A stretch of 60,470 nucleotides of DNA, filler included, from Sphacelaria rigidula (GCA_964200075.2; 6 parts of 6 records of this genome joined end to end with filler, not necessarily neighbours in it), one strand, 5' to 3'; counted from the whole stretch's first letter, positions 47,001 to 59,333 are shown. Translations and numbers: made by a program. Notes: a model not told the origin generated them from the sequence alone.

Positions 47001-49548
47001 ACGCTTGCAGGAAACTGGTACCGGCAATCGGGTACTACTCGAGAGCAAACCTGCGCTCCGGGTGCAGGAAAACGTTTCGTACCAAACTCACGGAGCTGTC
47101 GGGTAACGGTATAAGGGGCTCACAGAACTGACGGAAACTATCGGGTGGGGTATGAAGGTTTCAAAAAAGACTGTACCCGCAATCAGGTGTCTCATCAAGG
47201 GCGTACCCGCGCCCCGCGGTAACGGTACGGGAGATAACAGAGATGACAGAACTGTCGGGTAAGGGTACGAAGGTCTCACGCATATTACAGAACTGTCAGG
47301 TACGGTATGAACGTCTCACACAAGTCACGAAACTGTCGGGTACCGTAAATACCCGGCGGAAAACCCCAAACATACAGAGAACCGTACCCTACAGAGCACA
47401 ACCTCGATAAATTATGTCCCGTGATGGTGTCGGCACGTTGATTTTTCCTGCCTACTTGCTGTATCTCTTCTCTGCCGGATTCGTACTCGGAGGCTGTGTT
47501 GATACTGTTGTCGCGTATTCCACAGTTCGTGACAGCACAGACAAGTATAGTCATGCTGCGATACGACGGGGGGCATTTTGAGCCATTGCTTCCACGGAAT
47601 TCAACTTCGAATCATCGATGTAAGCAGCAACGATTGTTCGAGTGCGCGAGTCATAGACAAACAGCGCGTCGATCATCACGCTTGGAGCCGTTTTTACCGA
47701 AATAGAAGCGCACACCGAGTGTGTCGGGTTGTCTGAAACACCCGAGTCCTTTTCCCCTGAAATCAAAAATCCAACCTATCGTGGCACGTCTCTGCACACG
47801 CTCTTTCGCGCTGTACGGGTAGCACCGTGTGGGGAGAAAAGCACAAGAGCAAAACAGCACGGTGCGACTGTCAACCTGTTCAACTCAGGACACCGATAGC
47901 GTGGCATTCGGAACAAAATACCAAACGCTAAAAAGTTGGCCACATGACACATCTACCTGGCGAGACATGAATACGTTGAGGTTCTTTTAACAATACATCC
48001 GTTTTTCGCTTATCCCCGAGTTCAGATTTTTCTATACTCATATTACCGCTGATTCTTTGCGCTAATATGGCCCTTGTGACGTCGGCCAATGTGCTGTATG
48101 CTCGAGCGTCAATTCCAACAGAGCCCTACATTCGCCGCCGTGAGGCTAAAGGCACACGGGAAGGGGAGCTCCCGAAACTATTTGGCAGCACGGCGTTTTG
48201 TACTTGACTTCGCATGCATCAGACTGGCCGATACGTATTCCCATATTTTCAAACACTTGCACAAGACGAGTGCAGTATACCTGAAACTCATGGCGGGTGA
48301 TCAATTGCAGCTTACACCATAAAGTGGCTCACTTTTTAGTTGAAAAGGCACCACTCTTCCCGCCGCCTCCCCCTCCCATGCCCCCCCAGAATTTCACAGC
48401 AGAAGCGGTATGAAGACGCGTTTGAATCACTTCACCAACAGCAGGAGTGACTTGACGTTAAAAGACAAATTGTTGGGTGGACTGATATTTTCCTACACCC
48501 TCGAAATAATGCAGCGAAAACTCCCATTCTTGATCCTTCGTATATCCAATTTATCTTGTGTGAATCCTGTTGTACACGGTTGAACTTCCACTCGTGTTTT
48601 ACCGCTGACGACAATGGAGTCATTCATGACTGCCCTCGAAGCAACTCGGATACAGCACAGAATTGCTGTATATAATACTGATGATTAATCGCAGATTCGT
48701 CGCGACCATTTCGGCAATGAGAAAGCGACACAAACAGGTCACGGCGGGATGGCCATCTCAGCTAGTAACGAACATGAGCTTGTTCATTGCTATTTCGAAG
48801 TGTGACGTGCGTTGTAAATCAACGACACTGCGTTTCCCTCCTCTTGTTCCACTCATGTGTTGCGAAAAATCAATTTCACCCACATGCTCTCATGTGTTGT
48901 CAATTGAGAACTCATTCATCATACTCTCTTCACGAAGTGCCCCCGTCTCCCTTCCCTCGCTCGCCGAGAGTTGTTGCTGCCGAATCCTCCTGTGGGAAGA
49001 TGAACACCTTTAGGCATGCACACCGTTTTCCGAAACTCCGTGGTGATGAAACCGATGACACCCCTCTTAAACTTGAATCGAGTAGCTACGGTCAAGGTGG
49101 CGTGTATTTCAGTAAATCAACATTTGAGCAACGAGGACAGCTTGGGGTAGTTTACTCCAGCAGACCTTGGGTCTCTAGCTGATATTGCAACAGTCGAACA
49201 CTCGTCGAGCATTCTCTCGACACGTCTGCAGGGACTCTTCAGCGCGTGAGCATCACCACTAGTTGAAATATTTGGTCTGTTGTTGAATTGAGTACCCAAA
49301 CTTGATATGCACTTGGTCGTGGGGTAGATTGAATTTGCGGTGGCACTCTGTATATGATTGAAAAGGCTTGCCGTAAAACTAACGATTGTGTCCGTCTTCT
49401 TCTGTGCACGCTTCCCCAATAAAATCAGGTGTCCGCCATCGAGCAAGAATCGATCGACATCGACCCTGACACCAAGGAACTTCTTGATGCACTGGACTTC
49501 AAGGACTTGGCGGGAATTGCTGTGTCAGCTACTCCTGCCCGTATTTGA
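44011..49548 (+). CDS. RPS17: 40S ribosomal protein S17 (eS17), spliced: join(44011-44013, 44343-44597, 49429-49548), 125 aa
   Basis: ATG|GTAAAG donor. Exon 2 [19 protein letters not shown]...[43 protein letters not shown]. Exon 3 [25 protein letters not shown]...ARI-stop. All junctions phase 0. The ATG exon is the least certain part. Confidence 0.93.
44343..44597 (+). CDS. RPS17: RPS17 main coding exon
   Basis: Characteristic eS17 signature. AG/GT borders, 85 codons. Confidence 0.97.
44660..44769 (+). ncRNA. Candidate intronic box H/ACA snoRNA
   Basis: Two hairpins. The 3' hairpin has stem CCCGGTC/GGCCGGG, pocket ACTTTGC + AGCCCG, then ACA at 44764-44766. The pocket fits conserved LSU rRNA CGGGCU-U-G-GCA. 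No canonical ANANNA H box. Confidence 0.6.
44846..44914 (+). ncRNA. Candidate intronic box C/D snoRNA
   Basis: C-like ATGATGT (44851), D box CTGA (44908) and ACC/GGT terminal stem. The 13-nt guide ATAGTTCACCGTC is complementary to LSU rRNA GAUGGUGAACUAU with one G-U pair. Confidence 0.65.
45835..46337. mobile_element. MITE with GGGTA/TACCG subterminal repeats (RPS17 intron 2)
   Basis: TIR CAAGGTCGTGTTCTGCACGGTACGG versus reverse complement CAAGGTCGTATTTTGTAGGGTACGG. A second partial copy lies at about 46925-47406. Confidence 0.75.
49429..49548 (+). CDS. RPS17: RPS17 terminal exon
   Basis: [19 protein letters not shown] matches the eS17 C-terminal VS.L....I.VDPDTKEML region. Ends in TGA. Confidence 0.9.
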   Translation: MSAIEQESIDIDPDTKELLDALDFKDLAGIAVSATPARI

Positions 49549-50377
49549 TTTCTCGTACAGTACCGGAGTTTCGTGGTAGCAAGTATGGGTTGAGAAAAAA
49601 ATAAAGCCTCTGGGAGAAAAGCTTCTCTGGTTGTCCTTCCTGGGAGGATCATTCTGTTGAACGGGCCATCCGGCTGTCTGTACATGATGAAGGGCTCGTA
49701 CTTTCGTTTCTGCGTGATTGTAATGCACGACTAGTCTGGTGTGAGTACTCACGGTGCTGAGAAGTCGTGACACCTGCCAATAACGAATGTGTTGCCCACC
49801 TTGGCTGTGGATGGACATACATGTGCAGACCATGGCCCAGCTCAGGAGCTGGTTCTACAAGGGAACGAGACCGATCCCTCATGACAGTATCTCCACGAAT
49901 ACCCAGAGGGTAGACAACGAGCGTTATGGATATTTACTAGATGTCAACGTCAATCATCAAACACATATATTTGAGATTCACCCATGAAATACCCCTCCCT
50001 TCCCTTCCCGGGCCCGAAGCTTGAATGAAATCAGATGGAGACCGACGGTAATCATTTTAACGGCGGAAGGCCACGGAATAATCCACCAGCATACATGATG
50101 CGCGCACCAAAAATGTCAATCTTGTGCGGTCGGATTAGTTTTCTTCGAAGTGGACGCAACGGGTCGAGTAGTTTCAACCCTCTACACACAGCCGAAATTA
50201 GCTCTCGCGTCGCCAAACTCCACCCTTCTCCACTTTTTCAACTTGTTTCGGGTTCTCGAGGCGGCTACGAGGAGAAATGAACGCTGTTCTTCGGTATTAC
50301 TCAATCTTTTCGACCAATTGTTGCACGTTTAGAACAAATCATCACGACTCAAAATCACCAAATTCACGACTTCTTCC

Positions 50378-50477
50378 NNNNNNNNNNNNNNNNNNNNNNN
50401 NNNNNNNNNNNNNNNNNNNNNTTAATTAATTAANNNNNNNNNNNNNNNNNNNNNNNNNNNNNNNNNNNNNNNNNNNN
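50378..50477. other. Artificial contig linker
   Basis: N44-TTAATTAATTAA-N44. Confidence 0.98.
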
Positions 50478-50585
50478 AGCACGCCGGGTTCACGCCGGAC
50501 CAGGCTGATGGGGGGGGGGGGGGGATAAGACATTGGCGCCTGATATAATGCCACATAGATTTTGCTGTGGGAATCCTCCACACAT

Positions 50586-50979
50586 GAGACCGTTTCTTAC
50601 GATTGGAATTATTTTGAAACGGTAGTTCTCACTTTTAGGGCATTTGGCACTGTTTTTTGCCCTCAAACAGGAAATATCGTCATCTCACGTCTTGAACACT
50701 TTGCATCACCCCACCGAGAGGAGACTAGCCCACTTTTCCGTTGCGCTTGGCTCCGAGGTTTCGAGAATGGCCTCTGAACAAAAGTACAGCTGGACAAAAA
50801 CACCTTTTTTGTTTTGTCCAGTTGTATTTTCGCCCAGAGGCCATTCTTAGTGGGGTGATGCAAAATTTCACACACGTGAGATGACGATATTTCCTGTTTA
50901 GGGTCCAAAAACAGTGTCAAATGTCCTGAAAGTGGAAAATATCGCCCGAAAAAACATCAACCGTAGAAAACGGTCTAAG

Positions 50980-51023
<44 letters not shown>
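50586..51023. mobile_element. Foldback MITE followed by (TG)n
   Basis: Arms of about 130 bp (AAACAGGAAATATCGTCATCTCACGT / ACGTGAGATGACGATATTTCCTGTTT). (TG)n at 50981-51023. Confidence 0.75.
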
Positions 51024-51024
<1 letters not shown>

Positions 51025-51562
51025 CGTATATGTGAGTATCCTCCCGTACACTTATCGTATGCGCATGGTCGCGAGTTGTGTTGCTCTCTAATTTTGCGGA
51101 TCATCAGTTGTCTTTGTCAAGAAGCCTGCTGAGTGTATCTCACTGGTTAGTCAAACCGTGTATGTGCTTTTTTCTGATTGGCCGAAACGTACTTAAACAT
51201 GTGATCGACCAAATAGATTCGATGGATGGATTGATCACATCCGCCCGCTCGACCAAGGTGTTCATTGTCGATTCTATAAGTTGGGCAACCTCGTGCATCC
51301 CTGATCAGTCACTCCCCCCCCCCCAAAAAAAAAAAAAGACCAAGCACATATGCCGTGCTGTGTGCGTGTGGCCGTCCCTGAAATCTCGGAGCCTTACGAA
51401 TCGGGAAGAAGTGGGGGTAGACTCCCCTCAGCGAGGTGCCGGTATCGTATGTGTTTGAAGACCAGCAATTGTGTTGAATTTTCAAAAGCTGAAGAATCCC
51501 GTGGTGGAACAAAGTCCCGTAATATCGCTGTGTTGCGTGATCTGTTGCATTCTCTCTTGCAG

Positions 51563-54500
51563 GTGGGTCTGTTGCTCGCTCTGAAGATGTTGCTCCTGCC
51601 GCTACTCCTGGGCGTGTGTCTGGACGCCACCACCCTTCAAGTATTTGGGTGCACGGGGGAGGCCAGGGCTCGCTTCATGGCGGAACATCTCGTCGGCTCT
51701 TTGCTTCTCCACTGGGTGCGTTCATGGGTGTGTTTGTGTGTGTTGGTGTGTGTTTTGGTGCAACAAGGGGAGGTGGTCTGTTTCTTTGGCTCCTGAAATC
51801 CGGAACCCCCTGTTGAGCCCAAGTCTTTTTTGTCCGCTGTGCGTTTCATCGTATGGGCGCTCTTCCTCTTCAGTATTCAGCTTTCAATTTTCCCTCCTGA
51901 TGGTAACGACTGTTGTTTGTCGTTTCTGCATGTTGTTTAGATATCACCCCCTTTCCCCCCCCCCCCCCCCCCCCCCTCACCTACTTTTACACCTTTTTCT
52001 TCATTCCCCACCCCACTAATATCTTCTATCGNNNNNNNNNNTTTTGCTTTTTTTTTTCCCTCCTTTTTGTTAGCTCTTTTGTTTTTTGTTTCTTCATTTT
52101 TTTTTAATTTCACCCCCTTTCCCCCCCCCCCCCCTCTTCAGATACATTTTAGCATATTACCGCATCCTGGGCAACGATTAATTACTTTGGCAAGGAGCGT
52201 ACGGCGTGTAGTATCAAATATATTGTCTAATCCAATAGGGAATAGATTCGATACTGTATGCAGTGCACTTTTTGCGAATGTTGTCTGGTGTTCAGGGTGT
52301 GAATGTCACGAAAGAGCCATCCAAGGGTCGGACGAATTGATGATTCGTCTGGAAAATACTTGATTTTAGTGTGATCGATTTGTACTGTACGAATCAATCC
52401 TTGGGCTTTGTTCACAGAGTTGCACTCGAGGTACGCGCACCCCAGGCACGTGGAATGGCGCAAAAATTACGTGGAGGCCTTAATGACCAGAGGTCGATTT
52501 TTTTCTCTCTTTCGAGCAATCAGGCCTGAAAAATCGTGAATGTAGTGATTCGAACCGGCGATGATTCGTTCGAACCGTGGAACCATCCTACCAACGGTTG
52601 GTGGTGGAAGTGTTGACACGTCAGACAGCTCATGAACTACCGACTTATTACTTATTACTTCCTGTGTCCCATAAGTAAAGGTACGTACATTTGTACGGGC
52701 CCTTAACGATGTCCGATCGTTTTTTTTTTTAAATGAACTCTACGGTGTTTTTTGGGTCAAAATAATGTGTTTAAAATTTGCAGCTTGTGCTTGAACCATG
52801 CCGCCGAACGGCTGCAAAAATAGTAGTCGGTCCAAAAATGGTCGTTTTTTGCCCCTTTCCGAGGGGAAAAAAATGTCGAATACATATTTTATATTTTTTT
52901 AATTGCGTGGGACCTCCTGGCAGCAAGCCCCAGTGAAGGCGGAGGCGATTAAAAAAATATTAGAAAAAACATTCGATACTTTTTTTCCCCTCGGAAAGGG
53001 GCAAAAAAAACGGCCATTTTTGGACCGGCTACTTTTTTCGCAGCCGTCCGGCGGCATGGTTCAAGCACGAGCTACAAATTTTAAACACATTATTTTGACC
53101 CAAAAAACACCGGAGAGTTCATTGAAAAAAAAAAAAACGATTGGACATCGTTAAGGGCCCGTACAAATGTAGGTACCTTTACCTATTGGACAGAGGAAGC
53201 GTTAGTGTACTGATCTAGATCATGAGCTAGCTCGTTTGGGCCCTTTTGTCCGCAGTTGCTTCCTATAGCGCTGGACGCCGGATATCAGGGTAGCGCAAAG
53301 GTAGCGCTTCGATTTCTCAGACCCCACTGTCACGTATTTCGTGTTCTCGGGCAACGGATATAAGAGTCCTCATCGATCGTTTTTTTTAGGTAGCTCATGA
53401 GCTGTCGGACGTGTGAAAATTTTGAACAGGACAAGAGGGGTCCACTGGTATGATCCACAACAAAACTCACGTGTACGTGTATTTTCGCCAGGGCAAAGCT
53501 TCGTCGAGCTACCGAAATGCCATACCAACACAAAACGCTCTTGGCGCTGTTTTCCTGCCTCGAGTAGCCGAGGGAGAGATAGGTTGATCATATGAGACCA
53601 CAGACCCGTCCCGAGTCAATGGAAGAGTTGAAAGTCTGACGCAAAAAAGAGGAAAAAAAATGATGTGTCGTAGTGGTCGTGCTCGGGCAACGATATGGGC
53701 AAACCTCCCCCGCCCCCTACCCCGCGTATGAAGAGTATGTATATCATTGGGGATACTCGTGCCCGAGACATATGTAGGTCGCAAGGGTCGGGCAAATCGA
53801 TGATTCGTCTGGAAATTACTTGGTTTTAGTGTAATTGATTTGAATCGTTCGAATCAATCCCTAGGCTTTGTTTTCAGCGTTGCAACCCAGGTGCACACAG
53901 CCCAGAAACGTAGAATGGCGCAAAAGTTGCGTGAATATTCCTTGGACCAGCGTTCAACTTTTTTCTCCCTTTGGGGCAATCAGGCCGAAGAAATCGTGGA
54001 GTTGGTGATTCGTAGTCATGATGATTCGTCCTAACCGTGGTAACTTGTCATCTTATACCTTGAAGCTCCATTCAAGTATTGAAAAAAGTACCCTGCGCAC
54101 ACGGCAATGCTGCGTGGACAGCGTTGACAAAATTCCGTGCCCGATTTTCGTTTCCCTTTGCTAGGGTCATGTACCTTACTTACTCCGGATCCCTCCTTCC
54201 CCCCCGCCCCCGCTTCTCTGATGCCGTACCTAACCGCACCATCCTCTCAGGTACTCGGCATCACGTTCATGCTGTTCGTAACCGTGTCTGTATTGCAGCT
54301 GCGCGAGGTAGTGCACCCGGATCTGCTGTCGTTGATCATCCGGCCGCAAGAACCGCACCCGGGCCTTCTCGGATCACTGCTGCAGGAATCCGGCCGGACA
54401 CACGCCCGCCGTATGACCATGAGTCTGGTGCGTCTGTTGGGTCGGAGGGGGGCGAGATGGGAAGGGGGGGGAATGTGGGGCTGCCCACTTGGCGCGCGCT

Positions 54501-57500
54501 CGCGCGAGGCTGATGTGCAGTATGCATTGATGTGTATTCGATCCTCGTGCGTGCAAATTTCAACATCACCGTTTGGATGTGTACTTGCCAAAATCTCACA
54601 CCGAGCAATATTTCACATACCACAGAGATCGACAACTGCTTGCCCCGCCTCCTGTCTGTCGTCTCCCTTGGATAATAATCGAGGGTACACCATTTTCAGT
54701 GTTGACCTATGCCATGTTCCATTTTCACGATCCGTTTTCCAAAAGACAAGCGGGTGCAATGCCACAGAATCAATATCCTGTCACTGCTATTAAAAGTCAC
54801 ACAGCCCTGTGTAAAGCTACAATTGGACTGTGTCTTATAAGGACTTCTTGTCTGCGTGTGTCCCGTTCACGCTTCTCTGCTCGCGTCTACTTCCTTTCCA
54901 CTAGGCGATATACCTGGCTCTCGTGGCCATGTTTGTTTGGGCGCCGACAAAGCTTGTTGGCCGCATGTTCCCGGGGGTCATGCCCGTCCAGGTAAATGAT
55001 ACTGTACTCTTACGTCGTTTCTTCGCAGCACCTGCGGTGGTCAACAATCTGGCACCCCGAGTTGCTGCAGAGTTCACCAAAAATGGTCGGAAACAGTGAT
55101 TGTTACTTGCTTGTAGAGGGACTGAGAGTCCCGAAGTGCTCCTAGGTCGCCCAGATCCTTTTTTGTCAGGCGCCAACTCGAGGTCTGCCAATGCACACTT
55201 TGCCTAGGACTCCCCACGTGACCGAGGGTTCTCTTGTGCCTTTGTCAGGTTAGGGTTAGGGTTAGGGTTGGCGGCACCTTATTCACAATCCCGAATATAT
55301 TATCCGACCATTTGGTGAACAACCCTCAGTTGTTACAAAAACTCTCGGTGGTGGACTCAAGTCTTTCCTATCGTAGCACGCTCCGTCACTTATCCCAGGA
55401 GAATGAGTGTGTGCATGTTCCAGGCTACATACATTTTCGTACGTTGGTTGGTTGGTTGGTTGGTTGGTTGGAAAAAAATATTTTTGAGGCGTTTTTTATT
55501 CCGAGGGTGCTTCTGGCTCTCGTTCACGCTTCCCTTTTATTAGTCTTTCGTCTTCCGCTGTCGATTGTGCATTGCGCTGCTTTTCCCTCCTCTGGTATAG
55601 TCCCTCCTCCCCATGAACTGTGCTCCGTCTCGAAAAGGATGCGTGGTCATTGGTCAAAAGACTACGGCAAGCAACAAATGAGTACGCCCCCCCCCCCCCC
55701 CCCCCCACACACTCCCCCGCTCCTCGGTTTTTCGGGGGGGCGGGGGGGGNNNNNNNNNNCCGCAAAAAAGGAGGTGGGTTATTAGTCAAAAACGAACGGG
55801 AAGCAACAAAAGAGGCCGCCCCCCCCCCCCCCCCCCCATGAACTTACCCTGCTATCGGTTATTTCGAGGGGCATGGGTGGGTGGGGGTACTCATCTGTGG
55901 CTTACCTTGGTCATATGACCATTGACCACGTATCCTTTTCGAGATGACGGGAGGGGGGACTCATTTTGTGCCTCACACAGGTTAAGTAGCTTCATTCCGC
56001 CATGTTCAAGTTTTAATGCCTTTTCTTGTTATATTCGTTGTCGTCGTCATCGCTGACTGCACGCATTGCTATTCTTCGCTCATGCCTCCGCTCATGGTTT
56101 TCTCTGAAAGTTTTTGTTCCTCCTCTTCCGCTTTTCTGCATCCGTTTTTTTTCGCTCTTTTGTTTGTGTTGTGTTATGGGGTCAAAAATTGTGCTACTAC
56201 TGCAAACGGTTACATCCACAACTTTAACAACAACCAATAACAGCTGGAACTACGTTACGGCATACCGCAGCTGCAGATCCCAGTGGAGCTGGTGATCCTG
56301 CATTTGGCCATGCTGGCGTTTCTGGAGAAGTATCAGGTACTAAAGAGGTTTGGAAAGTTATATTTTTTCACGATCTATTTGAGGATCAGGACGTGAAAGC
56401 TTCAGGATGGATGCTGTCAAAAACCTCAGGATGGAAGCTAAATACTTCAGGACGGAAGCTGAGAACTCCAGCACGGAAGCTGACGTTACGTGGCTTGACG
56501 TTACTTCATTGTCCGTCCTACTGCCCACCCTCTCGCCCTCCCTGGATTGGGCATACTCAACCGTTTTTTTTTTTCGCGCCTCGTTTTTCCCTCATGCTTC
56601 CTTTACAACGAATTTGTGTACACTGTGTCTCTTTTTACTACTCGAAAAAAACCGAACAAAATCGCTTCTACTCTTTTTTTTTTTTCTTGTTGCGGTTGCG
56701 TATTTGTTTCCTCTCTTCCCGGGACACAAATTTCTAATCTAAACCTCTTTTGTTGGTGCTAAACCTCTTTTGTTGGTGCCGCCTTGTTTCCCGTCCCCCC
56801 CTGCCCTTTTTTAATATGTTTAATCAATCAACAATTGAAACGCAAAAAATAAAAAAAGAATCGCATCGGCGAGATGCAGCATGCTTGGCTTGTGGCGGCG
56901 TGCGGCGAGCTGGGACTCACGCGCTACGTTCTGCCGCAGCCGATCATCGCGAGAAAGCCGCCGATTGGAGCCCCCCCGCGCGACGATGGAGCTCGCGCGA
57001 AGTGGCCGTCTCGGATGGCGTCGGCCGTGAAGGCGTGGTGGGATGGCGGCGAGCAGGGGAAAGACGATGAGGTGCGACACTAGGAGATGGAGGCGGTCAG
57101 ACATGCTGGCGGTGCAGAATTATCTACTCTGATGAGGGAGAGATCTGAAAAATGTACATATTATTTTTCATTTCATCCTTGTTTATGTTTTTTTTTCCTT
57201 TCCATTTCTTGCTGATAGCGATACTTGCGGGCTCGGCTCCTCCCTCTCCTTTTTTTTTATTCAGAGCGCGCGCGTACGTGTGTATGTAAGTGTGTTCTGT
57301 CCCCCTTACCGACATTCGGCGTTTCCTTCTTTATACCTGCGTTGAACACACACATGTGACGAATGACATGGCAGGAAGGGATAGTGGTTGGACCTCCGCT
57401 GCGCCGCCCCCCGCCCGGATGGGATGATCCGGGCGGCGTGGCGGAGGGTAGATGGGCGTGGGGTATGGAGCCCCCGGGAGAAGTCCAGCTCAACCTGGCG

Positions 57501-59333
57501 CCAAGGTGTGTACTGTTACAGCTCATCACCAATCGACCAATCGTGTTGACAATTGTTCAGACTTGTGGAGTCATCTTGGAAGCTCTCTTGTATGTACCGT
57601 GCTGTACAGCGGTCGTAGTGGTGAACACTACCGGCGGGCAGAGAACATACTTGTCGGCGTAGCTCGATCGCTGTGTCTCTCTTCTCGCCCACCATACTCT
57701 TGAGGGGTGGCCCCACTAAAGTTTTGTTCCCCATACCTTCGCCAAAGTTGCTACACGGTTGGGAAGTACTTGACTTGTCGTCTAGACATCACTTTCGGGT
57801 CTCACGGGAACTGGCGGTCCCAAGTGCTCGCCCACGTGCTCAGTGCCCTGTTTTTGTTGTTTGTAAGACATAGATCTGAGCTCTTCCATCCCCGCCACTA
57901 TCCTCAGGGGATGATGTCTGTCCCCTGCGCTCGCCTTGCCCGAGGGTTCTCGTTTTGCCTTGGGTTGAGGCACAGAGTTTTGAGATGAAACCTAACCAGC
58001 CTCCCTCCTGTACCAACTCTGCGAGTTTCTTCTCAAAAATACCAAGCGATGTGTGCTGGACTTTTCCGTCCGTCCGTCCGTCCCCCCCCTCTCCTTTTTT
58101 TCTCGTTGATTTTCATTTGATCGTGTGTTTTATGTTCGCTTCCCCAGGCGGCGCCACGGGGCGAGAACCGTACCTCTCCTAGCCCTCCTGCTTGCTATGG
58201 GGTGGACAACCATCTTGGCCGTGGTGGTGTCGCTCGTCCTGCTGCCCTTCTTGATGGGCCGTGCCGTCTTCGCGCTGCTGCACCTGCCGGCGGACTGGAC
58301 CCACGACACGGCCAGTTTCAGCGTCGGACTCGTCGTACTCAAGGTACCTTAAACGGCCTTTCACGCAGTACTCGCGCTGTCCTTGCAGCCGTTTTCACGG
58401 TGACGGGCAAAAATGGTCCCACATTCCCCCCTTTCACCCCCCCCCGTGCTCCCAGTACTTTTTCCCCTGCCGACGATTGTCTCCCATGAACGATGCTGTC
58501 CCCATCGCCTCCTTCCACCCTGCCTCACATATCTTTCGTACATATTTCCCGTATCGCACGTGTTCCATGTTTCGTTTGCGCACGTGCAGATTGCCATGCC
58601 GCTTCTTTACCGCGTGTGGTGCTCTGCACGCCTCCAGCTTTCCAGGCCGTCGCCGCCGCCGCCGCCGCCGACTCCAATCCCCGACGCCGATCACCAACCG
58701 GTGGCCGCCGGCGATTTGATAGCCAATGCCGATGCCGCAGCCGCGGGCATCCCCCGCCCCCATGGCGATGTCGGCGTAGCAGGAGGGAGTCACGTGGCCC
58801 CGCTACGGCAGCACGGACCGCAAGGGAAGAGGCCAGCGCTCGCCACAATGGAGCAGAGACAAGCGCGGAAGCGCGGTGCGCAGACTCTGGTAGCTGGCGC
58901 CGCTCTGTGGCTCGTGGTTGCGCCGCTGCTGGCTGCGTGGCTCTTCGAGCTCACGTTTGTCGTGACCCCGGAGATGTGGGAGCGGGCGGCTGCGGAGTGG
59001 GGTGGTGACAGTGGCGGGTGGCGCGCACTCGGAGGGAGGGTTTTGTCGTGGTTAGCGGCAATGCCGTCTGCGAAGCGACCGCTGCGGGCGCTGCCGCTGG
59101 GGTGGTTTCTGCTGCATGCGTGGGCGTATGTATGTCAAGCCGGTATGCCGAGGTGGCTTCACGCCGCGATCAGAGCTGTTGGGGTGGGGCTACAACAGCA
59201 GCAGGAGCAGCAGGAGCGACGACGGCCGGAGGAGGAGAGGAGGGGCGGGTTGAGAGCGGCGGGCGGTGTCGGCGGCGGGGGTGATGAGCAGGGAGGAGCA
59301 GACAGGCTGCGGTGTTGGAGAAGTCGTATCGAG
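51563..59333 (+). CDS. Partial MARCH6/Doa10/SUD1-family ER membrane E3 ubiquitin ligase: join(51563-51715, 54251-54427, 54905-54991, 56244-56336, 56859-57071, 57375-57505, 58148-58343, 58590-59333)
   Basis: All eight exons have AG/GT borders with consistent phases and no stops. TEB4-Doa10 (TD) domain motif LLLHW|VLGITFMLFV...LREVVHPDLL...RPQEP...HARR, plus W...C..LGLTRYVLP and several hydrophobic helices. The RING domain and C-terminus are off the contig. Confidence 0.88.
52322..52579 (+). mobile_element. hAT-type MITE
   Basis: CAAGGGTCGGACGAA...TTCGTTCGAACCGTG. 8-bp TSD GAGCCATC/GAACCATC. Confidence 0.8.
52657..53199. mobile_element. Near-perfect foldback element with ~250-bp arms
   Basis: 52657-52907 is the reverse complement of 52945-53199 with few mismatches. 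Confidence 0.9.
53782..54039 (+). mobile_element. hAT-type MITE, second copy
   Basis: Direct homolog of 52322-52579. The TSD is decayed. Confidence 0.75.
55115..55270 (+). repeat. Interspersed repeat ending in (TTAGGG)3
   Basis: Three perfect TTAGGG units at 55250-55267. The body is homologous to 13650-13803. Confidence 0.7.
55620..55837 (+). mobile_element. Poly(C)-tailed LINE 3' fragment with apparent TSD
   Basis: TGCTCCGTCTCGAAAAGGATGCGTGGTC...ATGAGTACG followed by C20. Flanked by CCCCATGAACT at 55609-55619 and 55834-55844. Spans a 10-N gap. Confidence 0.8.
55883..55950 (-). mobile_element. Reverse-strand LINE 3' fragment
   Basis: Reverse complement reads TCTCGAAAAGGATACGTGGTCAATGGTCATATGACCAAGGTAAGCCACAGATGAGTACCCCC. 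Confidence 0.75.

Noticed and set aside
55250-55267. True telomere
   Set aside because: Only three repeats, located inside an intron with exons on both sides.
55707-55817. Second tandem LINE end
   Set aside because: It looks like an error-rich re-read of the same tail across a 10-N gap.
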